A DNA stretch of 64,000 nucleotides from an archaeon 13_1_40CM_2_52_13 (GTDB lineage Archaea > Thermoproteota > Bathyarchaeia > 40CM-2-53-6), in NCBI GenBank assembly GCA_001919285.1, contig MNHO01000049.1, forward strand, positions 17,746-81,745. Reading direction: 5' to 3'. Within the stretch, counting starts at the first letter, position 1; the number at the start of each line of letters is the position of its first letter. Below the pieces are notes generated by a model. That model was not told where the DNA came from, made no database searches, and worked only from the letters and a program-made list of their open reading frames with translations. A program made the position numbers and the translations under genes. Shown in pieces: positions 30,083 through 39,563 of the stretch.

Positions 30083-30656
30083 ATTCTTACCAGAATGGTT
30101 CAAGCGACGCTTCCGATCCCCATTGACCAATTGGTTCGACGATTTCGATCGAAACTTCGAAGAAATGTTCCGCGGGCTCGAGCTACCGAAGGATCTAGTC
30201 CGGGAGAGAAAACTGCCCGACGGAGGAACAGTTAGAGAGATGGGACCTTTTGTCTACGGCTACTCGTTCAGCATGGGACCAGACGGCAAACCAATAGTCA
30301 GAGAATTCGGCAACGTGAAACCATCAATCAAAGGAGGACCATTTGGAACCGCGAAGCCAAGCCTCGACGTCAAGGAAGAACGCGAACCTCTCGTTGACGC
30401 CATGGTTCAGTCAGACACTGTCAAGGTTGTTGCTGAACTTCCAGGCGTGGAGAAGTCGGACATTGCACTCGAGTGCGACGGACGGAACCTAGTGCTGAAA
30501 GTGGATACCGACAAGAGGCGTTACTACAAGTCCTTGGAGCTTCCCGTTGAAGTAGACCCCGATACATCGAAGGCGAGCTACAAGAACGGAGTCCTGGAGC
30601 TTGTCCTCACACGCAAGAGCCCTGGGAACAAACCCAAACAGATAAGGATCGACTAG
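30069..30656 (+). CDS. Hsp20/alpha-crystallin family small heat-shock protein.
   Basis: 195 aa. The alpha-crystallin domain reads ...VDAMVQSDTVKVVAELPGVEKSDIALECDGRNLVLKVD...YYKSLELPVEVDPDTSKASYKNGVLELVL. A hairpin plus T-tract follows the stop. Confidence 0.8.
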   Translation: MEDDEFLPEWFKRRFRSPLTNWFDDFDRNFEEMFRGLELPKDLVRERKLPDGGTVREMGPFVYGYSFSMGPDGKPIVREFGNVKPSIKGGPFGTAKPSLDVKEEREPLVDAMVQSDTVKVVAELPGVEKSDIALECDGRNLVLKVDTDKRRYYKSLELPVEVDPDTSKASYKNGVLELVLTRKSPGNKPKQIRID

Positions 30657-30690
30657 GCTGGTTTTCTCCAGCCTGCCGCTTCTTTTTTTG
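30656..30690 (+). terminator. Hairpin plus T-tract terminator after the Hsp20 gene.
   Basis: GGCTGG-TTTTCT-CCAGCC hairpin (30656-73), then CTTCTTTTTTTGG. Confidence 0.45.
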
Positions 30691-30740
30691 GTGTACTGAT
30701 TACCAGTTATTAACAGGTCGAAGCTGCAAAACTCTATCCT

Positions 30741-31943
30741 ATGGCTCCCGATGAGCTAAAGATCAGCACCGAGGAACACGAAAACCGAATCGCGAAGATT
30801 CAGAACCAGCTTCGAAGAAACAGGATTGATGCTCTCTATCTGACCAATTCGACGAGAATTCTTTACACAACGGGCTTCGCGCATATTTCGACGGAACGGC
30901 CTCTCGCTGCGGTCATTCCCAATGAGGAACCACCTTTCTTCATGGCTCCACGCCTGGAGTATGACCATGCTCGAAAGGAATGCCCGTTTGCTGGCGATGT
31001 GCTAACCTATCCTGACTACCCTGGCGAGACCCACCCGATGCGGCTTTTTGCGAAGTTCATGGCTCAGAAAGGACTTGCATCTTCCCGAATTGCCACAGAT
31101 TCCGCGCAGGGAGCCGCTGGGGGCTATGGTTATCGAGGACCTGCATTGCAGGACCTAATGCGTCGGGCCAAGTTCATTGACGGGAAAGACATTGTGGACA
31201 GATTGCGGCTGACGAAATCGAAACAGGAGATACGGCTCCTCCGAGAGAGTGCAAAATGGTCGGAGATAGCGCACGATATTTTGCTCGAAAATACGCGTGC
31301 TGGTCTTCATGATACTCTAGTAGCTGTGAAATCCAGCTACGATGCACTTGCCAGAATGTTGAAGAAACTCGGACAAACCTATGTCCAATTGAAAATAGCC
31401 TTGTCTCCAGTGGTCGTTGGCTTCCGCGGGCAGGTTGGTGTCAACTCTGCGATTCCTCATGCAGTCTACACCAAGAATAAGATTCGGAGAGGAGATGTTC
31501 TCGTTACAGAGGCCGGAGTGGAAATGGGAGGCTACACGAGCGAGCTTGAACGAACCGTCATCATTGGAAAACCTAGCTCCAAGGCCAAGCGTTACTTTGA
31601 AGCTATGCTGAAAGCACAGAACGCCGCTCTCAAAGAATTCCGCCCTGGAACAACATGTAGCAAGATAGACGAGGTAGCTGGCAAATCTATTGAAGACTCA
31701 GGACTCACGGATGCTCATAGACATCATACGGGACACGGAATAGGTTTGGACGGTCACGAACCGCCATGGCTTGATCCGGGGGACCGGACGATCATGCGTG
31801 AAGGAATGGTGTTCTCATGTGAACCAGGTCTATACTTTCCTGGCTACGCGGGATTCCGGCACTCCGACACGGTTGTGATAACGAAGAAGGGAATGGATTT
31901 CATTACCCATTACCCGCGTGGACTTGAGGAGCTCACGCTTTAG
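30741..31943 (+). CDS. M24-family Xaa-Pro aminopeptidase/dipeptidase (creatinase/prolidase fold).
   Basis: 400 aa with the metal-ligand motifs HRHHTGHGIGLDGHEPP and ..GMVFSCEPGLY. Confidence 0.8.
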   Translation: MAPDELKISTEEHENRIAKIQNQLRRNRIDALYLTNSTRILYTTGFAHISTERPLAAVIPNEEPPFFMAPRLEYDHARKECPFAGDVLTYPDYPGETHPMRLFAKFMAQKGLASSRIATDSAQGAAGGYGYRGPALQDLMRRAKFIDGKDIVDRLRLTKSKQEIRLLRESAKWSEIAHDILLENTRAGLHDTLVAVKSSYDALARMLKKLGQTYVQLKIALSPVVVGFRGQVGVNSAIPHAVYTKNKIRRGDVLVTEAGVEMGGYTSELERTVIIGKPSSKAKRYFEAMLKAQNAALKEFRPGTTCSKIDEVAGKSIEDSGLTDAHRHHTGHGIGLDGHEPPWLDPGDRTIMREGMVFSCEPGLYFPGYAGFRHSDTVVITKKGMDFITHYPRGLEELTL

Positions 31944-31959
31944 AACAGATCCTTGTTCG

Positions 31960-32529
31960 TCACGCCTTGAACCATTGAAACACTAGATACCGGATCTTTC
32001 CAGATTTCGTGTCGGGAATCGCAATTATGAAATGTTTTCTCACCGTGGTAGCGAGTCTTCCCGCGCGGACCACTTCGAAAGGACCCATCACTGATTCAGG
32101 AGTTTCGACAGATACAATGAATGGTGCGTGGTCTATTCCTGGGCCGTGTTCGTAGACGGCGAAATCGGCTCCGAACTTGATTCCCGGAGTGACGACGTAG
32201 CCTTTCTCCCTCAAGTCCTTGTATACTTGGTAGGCAGCGCTGAAGCCTCGATAGGTTTCCCGGGCTGCCTTCAGCAGCACGCTCTTTCCGACAGGTTTCT
32301 TGCTGCGTCCGTCGATGACGCCGATTCTCTTGTGCTCGAGCAGGTAAAGTCCCTCCATGAGATCCAATAGGAGTGGGACTTCAAAGTCCTGGTCAGGTTT
32401 CGGCTTGGGAATGCCTACTGGTTTTCCGAAGAATCCTGATCTGTATATTCCGAGACCTGATTTGTAATCCCAGATGATGAGCCTTGTCCCAATGAGTTCG
32501 GCTTGATCCTGAGCCAGGGAGGTCTTCAC
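31960..32529 (-). CDS. endA: tRNA-splicing endonuclease.
   Basis: 189 aa. The catalytic-domain block YKDLREKGYVVTPGIKFGADFAVYEHGPGIDHAPFIV is present. Confidence 0.85.
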   Translation of the reverse strand: MKTSLAQDQAELIGTRLIIWDYKSGLGIYRSGFFGKPVGIPKPKPDQDFEVPLLLDLMEGLYLLEHKRIGVIDGRSKKPVGKSVLLKAARETYRGFSAAYQVYKDLREKGYVVTPGIKFGADFAVYEHGPGIDHAPFIVSVETPESVMGPFEVVRAGRLATTVRKHFIIAIPDTKSGKIRYLVFQWFKA

Positions 32530-32536
32530 GGCCTTA

Positions 32537-33205
32537 CTAGGCGGTCAAAGCGATGACTCGGATTAGGTCCACAACGTCCACTCCGAGGTCCGCCATATTC
32601 TCCATGTGAGCGCTGAGGTCCCTGATCAACAGGAGTGTGCGAAGGGGAATCTTCTCGTCAAGCACCTCTAGGTCCAAGGAGCGGTAAGCGGTATCGACTT
32701 TCCTTTCTGTCTCCTCAACGCCCTTCGAGAGTTCCATAGCTTTTGTCGGGTTGAATCCGAGGGACATCATGGTTTCACGAATCTTGGACATTTCTTCGAG
32801 AACGAGTCCGATGAGTTCGGATAGTCGTTTGGTGTATCTCTTGTCGACCTTCCAGCTGCGGTCGATAACCGCGGTCAGTCGGTAGCCTATCCCTTGAGCG
32901 TAGTCGGCCACCTCGCCTACCCGGAAGATGAGCCGGATGAAGTCCTCACGGTTACTCAATAGGGCCCCGAATGAAGCAACCTCTTCCAGCAGCTTCTTCT
33001 TGGTACCTTCGAAATCGTCCAGAATTTTGATCATGTTCTGATAGTGGTCCTTCGCATCCTTGCCCTTGCCGTCGCCGACGCTGTCAGTCATCAGGGCTAG
33101 TTCACGCGTTATCTCGACGACGTTCCTCGTCTGATCGCGACAAATGTCTAGGATTCTACGTCTGATGCTAGCTTCGGTTTCAACTGGAAAGGTCAACATC
33201 GACAC
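32537..33205 (-). CDS. DUF47 / PhoU-like (COG1392) protein.
   Basis: 222 aa, all-helical, with the C-terminal ...LLLIRDLSAHMENMADLGVDVVDLI pattern of DUF47. Confidence 0.55.
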   Translation of the reverse strand: MSMLTFPVETEASIRRRILDICRDQTRNVVEITRELALMTDSVGDGKGKDAKDHYQNMIKILDDFEGTKKKLLEEVASFGALLSNREDFIRLIFRVGEVADYAQGIGYRLTAVIDRSWKVDKRYTKRLSELIGLVLEEMSKIRETMMSLGFNPTKAMELSKGVEETERKVDTAYRSLDLEVLDEKIPLRTLLLIRDLSAHMENMADLGVDVVDLIRVIALTA

Positions 33206-33246
33206 CGGGGGGTTCTACTGCAGTGAAGGCGACATTCCCATAAAAA

Positions 33247-34995
33247 CTAGTTGCGGCGAGCCTGGCCAGTTTTTGCCGGGAATCCGCTGCTGACAATGGA
33301 GTCGATCGTTGACTTGAGTTCGTCGATTTGGACCCTTATCTGGTTCCACGAGTCTCGATCCCGCAGGGTGACGGAACCGTCCTTCATTGTCTCGTAGTCG
33401 ACGGTAATTCCGAGCGGTATGCCGGCTTCATCAGCCCGGGCATATCTCCGCCCGATTGACCCCCCATCGTCATACTCGACGCGCAGACCGCTTTCGAGGA
33501 GGCTTCGATGGACGCTCTGGGCCTTCTCCACAAGACCATCCCTGTTAACAAGAGGATAGACGGCGGCTTGTGTCGGGGCGATCCCGAAGGGTAGGCTCAA
33601 AATCAATCTTTCCTCCTTCATTCTGAGATTATGTTCTAGCGTGGAGTAAACGAGCCTCTCTACCCCAAAACTAGGCTCAATGACGTGGGGAAGGAATTTT
33701 GTTCCGGTCTCCTTGACCACCTCCTCTTTCGTGTCGAAGAATTCTGCCGGAATATCATGAGCGTCAATTTTGATTGACTCGCCGCGTCTCTTCCCTTGGA
33801 GGATTCGAGGTAAATCCTCCTTTGCCAGGAGGCTGATGATTCTTCCAGCGTCTGTTCCGAATCGTTGGCGTATCTTCTGGTGGTTCGGCCTGATTGTTCG
33901 GACTTTCTTTTCAATCGGTGAATCATATGCTTTGAAGACTCGCAGATCTATTCCGGTGGCCTGCATGTGACTGCGAAGGTCGAAGTCGGTTCTGTAGGCG
34001 AACCCGGCGACTTCGACCCAATCCCACCTGTCAAGCTTCACTTCATGATCGAAAGTCTGAGAAGAATAATGTGCTCTTTCCGTGGAGAGTTTCTCAAAAA
34101 ATCGTTGATAGTGCTCGTTGATCCCTAGCTTTGCCAAGAACCGCGCGGACTGCGACATGAAATATGCCATCCACGGGGACTTTACGAGTCGTTTTTCGAG
34201 AGCTTCCGCAGTTGTGATTCTAGTGGTTTCACTTCTTCCTTTCTTTCTAGTATCCTCTGTTACGATGGACAGCTTGTCTTCCCTAACTTCGTCGATGTAG
34301 GGGCACTCTGGTCTTTCAGGATCGAAGAAGAGTTCGAAGTCCATTATTGTGAATTCGCGCAGCCGAATGGGTCCCTGGCGGGGAGAAATTTCATTCCTCA
34401 ACACCGTCCCGACCTGTGCTATGCCCAACGGGAATTTTTCCCTCATCACTTCAAGTACCCGGTGGAAGTCGACGAATATTCCCTGCGCTGCTTCGGGTCG
34501 AGTGTAAGCGGGGTCTTCTCCGTATGGGCCGATGTTCGTCTTGAACATGGTGACGAAGTATTGCGGTGACCCGAGGACTCCTCCACATTCAGGACATTTT
34601 ACCTGCTTCAGTAGGACGGATAGTTGGTCCAGATCCAGACCCTCAGTCTCAGTCCCTGCGGCTTCTTTGATCAACTGGTCCGCTCTGAACCTTCGATGAC
34701 AGTTGGTACACTCCGTCATTGGATCTTTGAAATTCTGGACGTGCCCCGAGGCCTCGAGGACCCGTTCGGGGGTTATGATCGGAGTCGATATCTCTGTGAA
34801 TCCGTGGCGTCTAAGGAAGAAATCTCTCCAAGAGTCTTCGATTTCTCGCTTGAGACCAGTCCCTAAAGGGCCCAAGTCGATGAAGCCGCTTACACCCCCG
34901 TATATTTCGAAGGAACCCCAGAAGAAGCCTCTGCGTCTCGCGAGCTCAGAGAGTAGCCTATGCTTGTCTCTTACCTGAGTGGTTAGCTGCTCCAA
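33247..34995 (-). CDS. glyS: Glycine--tRNA ligase (archaeal/eukaryal-type dimeric GlyRS).
   Basis: 582 aa. N-terminus RRGFFWGSFEIYGGVSGFIDLGPLG, class II aaRS motifs and a C-terminal anticodon-binding domain. Confidence 0.9.
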   Translation of the reverse strand: MEQLTTQVRDKHRLLSELARRRGFFWGSFEIYGGVSGFIDLGPLGTGLKREIEDSWRDFFLRRHGFTEISTPIITPERVLEASGHVQNFKDPMTECTNCHRRFRADQLIKEAAGTETEGLDLDQLSVLLKQVKCPECGGVLGSPQYFVTMFKTNIGPYGEDPAYTRPEAAQGIFVDFHRVLEVMREKFPLGIAQVGTVLRNEISPRQGPIRLREFTIMDFELFFDPERPECPYIDEVREDKLSIVTEDTRKKGRSETTRITTAEALEKRLVKSPWMAYFMSQSARFLAKLGINEHYQRFFEKLSTERAHYSSQTFDHEVKLDRWDWVEVAGFAYRTDFDLRSHMQATGIDLRVFKAYDSPIEKKVRTIRPNHQKIRQRFGTDAGRIISLLAKEDLPRILQGKRRGESIKIDAHDIPAEFFDTKEEVVKETGTKFLPHVIEPSFGVERLVYSTLEHNLRMKEERLILSLPFGIAPTQAAVYPLVNRDGLVEKAQSVHRSLLESGLRVEYDDGGSIGRRYARADEAGIPLGITVDYETMKDGSVTLRDRDSWNQIRVQIDELKSTIDSIVSSGFPAKTGQARRN

Positions 34996-35084
34996 ACTTC
35001 TGCTCTACGGTGAGATGTACAAGAATCAGTATAATGCTTTACGTGAGCAACGATAGGACGAAATTACAGCCGAGGTATCTGTTT

Positions 35085-35306
35085 CTATCTGGCCTTCACG
35101 TGTTTAACGATGGGCGGCCTGACTTTTCTGAGAATTCTATAGCCGCAGAAGGGGCACTTGATCTCGGGCGTCATCGCCAATTGGTCTGCTGTCAGTCTAG
35201 ATCCGCAATTGATGCATTCGTAGAACAGCCCGCCGGGATTTCGCTCACGCACCGTTGGCTCTTGTAATGGGGCTTCCGGTTGTGCTTCCTTAGGACCCGC
35301 TTCCAT
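35085..35306 (-). CDS. rpoP: DNA-directed RNA polymerase subunit P (Rpo12).
   Basis: The C-terminal 47 aa, YECINCGSRLTADQLAMTPEIKCPFCGYRILRKVRPPIVKHVKAR, match the RpoP zinc ribbon. The ORF as called has a 25-aa N-terminal extension, so the true start may be internal or non-ATG. Confidence 0.6.
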   Translation of the reverse strand: MEAGPKEAQPEAPLQEPTVRERNPGGLFYECINCGSRLTADQLAMTPEIKCPFCGYRILRKVRPPIVKHVKAR

Positions 35307-35335
35307 CTAGACTTCAACTCGTAAGGGTGTTGGGT

Positions 35336-38032
35336 TCAAGTTAAGGATTTGGAAGGAGGGTTCCCTGAACCTGGAGTCTTAGGTTTGGAGCCTGCCGGTT
35401 TTGTCCTTTCTTGCGTCTCCATGGTCTCAGGTTGTCTTCTGACCAGGTAGAACCCTAGGATGATAATAGCAGCCACGACGCCTATTGCTGCGGGAATAAG
35501 GATTTGCAAGTTGCTCTGAAGTATTGTTACCTGGAGTGTTTGGGTTGCCAATGGGCCGCTATACTGGGGTGACGAGAATGTGAGAACGTATCGTCCAGGA
35601 ATCGATGGCGCCTTGAACGATAGAGTGATGGGTTGACTAGCTCCGGGACCGAGGGTGACGCTTGTTGGACCTGCAACGACTTTGGAATCGAGGTAGAGGT
35701 TAACGCTGATGGTTTGAGTGAGCTTTGTTGAGTTGTTAGTCAGATGCACGGTCGCTGTGACCATCTGATTCTCGGCTACCTCACCAATCGCGTCCATGCT
35801 CGATAGCAGTATGGTCGAGTCGGAGAAGAAGCTGGGTTTTAAGACATCATTCACGAGAACGACGCCTGAGGAGTCCTCAGCAAGAGCAAAAACTACAAGT
35901 TTCTTCGCCGCGAGGATTGCGTCTGATTTTATTGTGAGTGAGAAGCTTCCACTTGTGTCTGTCTTGAACGGTGCCGAATATGCTAGGAATCGGCTAGGGA
36001 CAAAGGGCAAGCCAACGACGTAGGCATAAGGAGGAGATTCAAGCGAATTCGCCGAGAAAGTGGACGTGCCCGCCTTGCTAGACACACTGATCTTGAAAAG
36101 CCCTGTGTGTTGTCTGCTAGGGACAACAGGGTCCGTTCCGACACTCATCATGAAATTCTTTGAGGCAAGATTCCCATTACTGAGACTGGTCAAGGCTATC
36201 TGTACGCCGTGCCCCGTCAGAGTCAAGGCCGCCTGATAGGCCTGTGGACCTGAAATGAATGGTAGGTCCCCAAATCCGTCCCCAGGGGTGCCAAGGGGAA
36301 ACGTCACATTCGCTCCATGGGGTTGAGAACCGGGCCATTCGTGTTCTATCGTCACGTTTGCACTAAACGCCATACTTGGACTCGGATTGACAATAGTGAA
36401 TATCATAATGAGCGGTTGCCCTTGGGTGAACACACCATTGACGACTGTAATATTGGAAACGTAGAGCCCGCCGCCGCCCCCGGCGGTCTTATTCGTAACA
36501 GGAATGTTGGTCGGTGTTCCCGCGTCGATGGCAAAGACGGTTCCGCTAACACCTATCGCCGCAGAGCTGTTTGACGCGTACGTCAGACTTCCCTGTACGG
36601 TCAGCCCGGTGTTGCCACCGCCGCTGCTGAATGAGCTGACCTGAATCTGATCAACTCTAAACGACGTGTTTCTAGCTCCCAGATCAAAGGCGCTAGTGAA
36701 GGTGGAAGCGATCGTCCAATTTCCCAAGGGCGCGAAAATGGGGATAGTGAAGTTGAACACGCCGCCTGGTGATTTGAGAGCCATTGTCCGTCGAGGGATC
36801 GTAGTCAAGGCTCCATTGGGATCGCGGAACGTGATGTTGAGGCTGCCCGTTGCGACAAGAGTGCTGGTCGCCGCTTCCACCCCTATTGTTTCGCCCAGCT
36901 GCCAGAAAGCCGTAGGCGAAACAGGCCCAGACAGAGATGCTGGGATGACTGTTCTTAAAGTTGCAGGTGCATTTTCGCTGGTCGCGTTAACAGTTACGGT
37001 TCCTTTCACTTTGTTGTTCGTCATGTTTAGAGAGACGAACGATGTGGAGTAGATGCTGCTGCAGTCGATCAACGCACTTTTGATGCAGGCCCCCTTGTCG
37101 AATGCGAACGGGCTTCCTGAGCCTGTGTAGGATGGGGTCGTTGCGTTGATCTGAACAATCGTGTAGGGAGTAGGATAGTAATAGCTGATGATTACCGTGG
37201 TCCAGTCGTGGTTCACAATCTGTGGCTTATTGAGGGGATGGTAGGAGACGGTCCGATTATAATTCAGGGGCAGGTTCGCTAGGTGAGCTACCGTGTTGCT
37301 CGTCGGGTCGAGAGTCATTGTATGACTGAGAGAGTTTGTAAAGGTAAGGCCGAAGTTTGGAGAAAAGACTATCAGCTCACCGAATTCAGCGTCCATAGAC
37401 TGCTGACCCGTACCGGTGAAGTTCAAGTTGAACCGGATTGAGAGTGTAAGATTATAGCCGATGAAAGACGTCGCATCGAAGCATCGTTGCAACACTAGTT
37501 GCGGACAGTACAAGGACGAGTTGGTCGGTGGACTCAGGGATATGCGATTGGAAGCGTTGTACACTGCGAAGGTTGCGTTGTTTCCGCGGTTTTGTGTGAA
37601 TGTTGGCTGTGGAAAGTCAAACCGTAGAATGGTCAGGTTGCAAGTTGAGCAGCCTCCTTTGGGAATTGGGAGGGTCCAGTTCATGTTTTGTGATCCAGTG
37701 ATAGCACTAGAGGTCGTGATGTTGAACCTAAAGTCCGTTCCGGGGATAGGAGAGTTGTCCACCGTTCTGTTGACTGAGCTAAACCATGTTAGGTTTCCCA
37801 CGAATGGACTGGATTTGGTGAACCCGTTGGACGAATTAGTGTATAGATCAGTCATGGCATAGGTCAAATTTAAGGCTGTATGGGAGCCAGTAGCATTAAT
37901 CGCTGGGTCATTCAACTGAACAAATTGCGTCATTCCCGGCGATGAGCCTGCCGCACGCGGCATGCTATAGGGCATGATGATTAGCGAGGTGATTAAGACA
38001 ACTAGGAGCGAGAAGGCCGTTCGCCGAATCAA
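35336..38032 (-). CDS. Large secreted cell-surface protein, an S-layer or adhesin candidate, with a C-terminal TM anchor and extremely dense N-glycosylation sequons.
   Basis: 898 aa. N-terminal signal peptide and a Thr/Ser/Asn-rich body carrying dozens of N-x-S/T sequons (NATG, NLTY, NSSNG, NLTW, NRTV, NITT...). C-terminal TM AIGVVAAIIILGFYLV followed by a Pro/Lys/Ser tail. A TATA-like element lies about 45 nt upstream. Confidence 0.6.
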   Translation of the reverse strand: MIRRTAFSLLVVLITSLIIMPYSMPRAAGSSPGMTQFVQLNDPAINATGSHTALNLTYAMTDLYTNSSNGFTKSSPFVGNLTWFSSVNRTVDNSPIPGTDFRFNITTSSAITGSQNMNWTLPIPKGGCSTCNLTILRFDFPQPTFTQNRGNNATFAVYNASNRISLSPPTNSSLYCPQLVLQRCFDATSFIGYNLTLSIRFNLNFTGTGQQSMDAEFGELIVFSPNFGLTFTNSLSHTMTLDPTSNTVAHLANLPLNYNRTVSYHPLNKPQIVNHDWTTVIISYYYPTPYTIVQINATTPSYTGSGSPFAFDKGACIKSALIDCSSIYSTSFVSLNMTNNKVKGTVTVNATSENAPATLRTVIPASLSGPVSPTAFWQLGETIGVEAATSTLVATGSLNITFRDPNGALTTIPRRTMALKSPGGVFNFTIPIFAPLGNWTIASTFTSAFDLGARNTSFRVDQIQVSSFSSGGGNTGLTVQGSLTYASNSSAAIGVSGTVFAIDAGTPTNIPVTNKTAGGGGGLYVSNITVVNGVFTQGQPLIMIFTIVNPSPSMAFSANVTIEHEWPGSQPHGANVTFPLGTPGDGFGDLPFISGPQAYQAALTLTGHGVQIALTSLSNGNLASKNFMMSVGTDPVVPSRQHTGLFKISVSSKAGTSTFSANSLESPPYAYVVGLPFVPSRFLAYSAPFKTDTSGSFSLTIKSDAILAAKKLVVFALAEDSSGVVLVNDVLKPSFFSDSTILLSSMDAIGEVAENQMVTATVHLTNNSTKLTQTISVNLYLDSKVVAGPTSVTLGPGASQPITLSFKAPSIPGRYVLTFSSPQYSGPLATQTLQVTILQSNLQILIPAAIGVVAAIIILGFYLVRRQPETMETQERTKPAGSKPKTPGSGNPPSKSLT

Positions 38033-38073
38033 ACTTAGTCACAGACGCGCTTTCGAGGACGCGCCCCAGCGAT

Positions 38074-38087
38074 TCTATTTAACCTTT
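38074..38087 (-). promoter_or_regulatory. Candidate BRE/TATA element for the large surface-protein gene.
   Basis: The minus strand reads AAAGGTTAAATAG, about 45 nt upstream of the start codon at 38032. Confidence 0.3.
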
Positions 38088-38334
38088 GTAGGAATGAGGG
38101 ACGTAGTGCGTTGCCGGATTCGCATTTTGTGATGACCGCAGGAATTCCTCCAGTAATGCAACCGGCGTCAGAATCGCGAATTCACCTATCTGCATCCACC
38201 ATCCGTTTGCCAGCTAAGATTTTCAGAAATCGTCGCAATCTCAGATTTACTCGTTGGTCGGAGGTGCCGAATTAGGTGGGATTATGGACAGATTCAGCGG
38301 AACCCGGAGATAATTGGCCTTCTAGACTAGGCGG

Positions 38335-38565
38335 TTACCTTTTTGGCGGTGGTGACACTAAAACCACGTTGTCACCTCGTACAATGATCGTTCCTAGTTT
38401 TTTTGTCGCATCAGAATTGGTAACATCTTCAGCTTCTTCCAGGACCAAGTTCATGTGTTGGTCGAAACTGTACAGTCTTCCCCTTACGCTTCGTCCCCCT
38501 TTCAGCTGGACGAGAACGACTTTGTTTAGACTCTCTTCAAAAATTTTTGCAGCTACGTCAGACAT
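38335..38565 (-). CDS. Sm-like (LSm/SmAP) archaeal protein.
   Basis: 76 aa with Sm1/Sm2 motifs: VQLKGGRSVRGRLYSFDQHMNLVLEEAE...IIVRGDNVVLV. Confidence 0.85.
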   Translation of the reverse strand: MSDVAAKIFEESLNKVVLVQLKGGRSVRGRLYSFDQHMNLVLEEAEDVTNSDATKKLGTIIVRGDNVVLVSPPPKR

Positions 38566-38642
38566 TCAAGATCCAACTGGGGAAGTGAGTGTCCCGGCGT
38601 TTGTACACTTTTAAAGATTGTCGTAGAAGAAGCTGAATCGAT

Positions 38643-39143
38643 TTGCCAAATAGAACTATCTTGAAAGATCGCGATTCCAAACCTCTGATTGAAGACTTGA
38701 ACAAGATTCCTGGTTTCGAACATCTGTCCCGCAAATCTCGCGTCGAAACGGAGATGGTGAAGAGTTCGGAAGTCATTTTCGTCGACGGGCTCCCAGTTGC
38801 GTTCAAGAGAGAGAGACAGTTTATTCCGGTGTTGACGAATACAGTTGCTTTGGAAAAGATGCCCCGCGTTACTGTAGACATGGGCGCAGTTCCCCATGTA
38901 GTAGGCGGAGCTGATATCATGGCACCGGGAATCAGAAAAGTCGAGGGCAGTTTTGGTGAGAAAGAGCTAGTCGTCATCATCGATGAGAAGCACGGTAAAT
39001 TCTTGTCGGTCGGAAGATCTCTGCTTGCTTCGGAAGCTTTGGCTGCTACAAAGAAGGGGAAAGTGATTGTAAATGTCCATTACGTTGGTGATCCCGTATG
39101 GGAGACGATAAAGTCCCAGGCGCCTGCGCATTCTGGAAGTTGA
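38643..39143 (+). CDS. PUA-domain RNA-binding protein (Tma20/MCT-1-like).
   Basis: 166 aa. The central/C-terminal block ...DMGAVPHVVGGADIMAPGI...GEKELVVIIDEKHGKFLSVGRSLL... is typical of archaeal PUA proteins. Confidence 0.55.
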   Translation: MPNRTILKDRDSKPLIEDLNKIPGFEHLSRKSRVETEMVKSSEVIFVDGLPVAFKRERQFIPVLTNTVALEKMPRVTVDMGAVPHVVGGADIMAPGIRKVEGSFGEKELVVIIDEKHGKFLSVGRSLLASEALAATKKGKVIVNVHYVGDPVWETIKSQAPAHSGS

Positions 39144-39236
39144 TGATTTGTCTCGAATTTGGTCAGGCAAAGTTTAAAGTCGTTCTGACAGCTGGTTTCA
39201 GAAACGTATCATCATATCATGATTTGATGTTTTCAT

Positions 39237-39563
39237 ATGGCGCACTCTACTCTCTACGTGAAAGCGCTTCCGTTGCAGGAACTGGATGATGTTGAAGTTA
39301 TCAAGACTGAGATTCGGACCGGAAACATCCTAATCGTCCGAATTACGCCCTTGGCACGCAAGAGCGTTGACGAGACTAAGCTAGCGATAACGGAATTGAC
39401 GGACCACGTAAAGTCGATTGGTGGCGACATAGCCCGGCTTGGAGAGGAACGTATTGTAATTACTCCGCCGGGAGTAAAGATTTGGCGCCGGGAGACGGCG
39501 GGCTCTGAGACTGCTATCCCCGCTGTGCCTTTGCAGAAGGAGACTCTGCCGGGGACGAGCTAA
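39237..39563 (+). CDS. sepF: SepF-like cell-division protein (DUF552).
   Basis: 108 aa. YVKALPLQELDDVEVIKTEIRTGNILIVRITPLA....LAITEL.DHVKSIGGDIARLGEERIVITP matches archaeal SepF. Confidence 0.6.
   Translation: MAHSTLYVKALPLQELDDVEVIKTEIRTGNILIVRITPLARKSVDETKLAITELTDHVKSIGGDIARLGEERIVITPPGVKIWRRETAGSETAIPAVPLQKETLPGTS

Noticed and set aside
36317-37862. Several 85-133-aa ORFs at 36317, 36666 and 37461 on the plus strand, and many similar antisense ORFs listed in the track inside hutH, hutU, guaB, the M6 protease, FttA and others.
   Set aside because: All lie antisense within long, well-supported genes. Their translations are low-complexity Ser/Arg/Pro-rich with no motifs, which is typical for the opposite strand of moderately GC-rich coding DNA.
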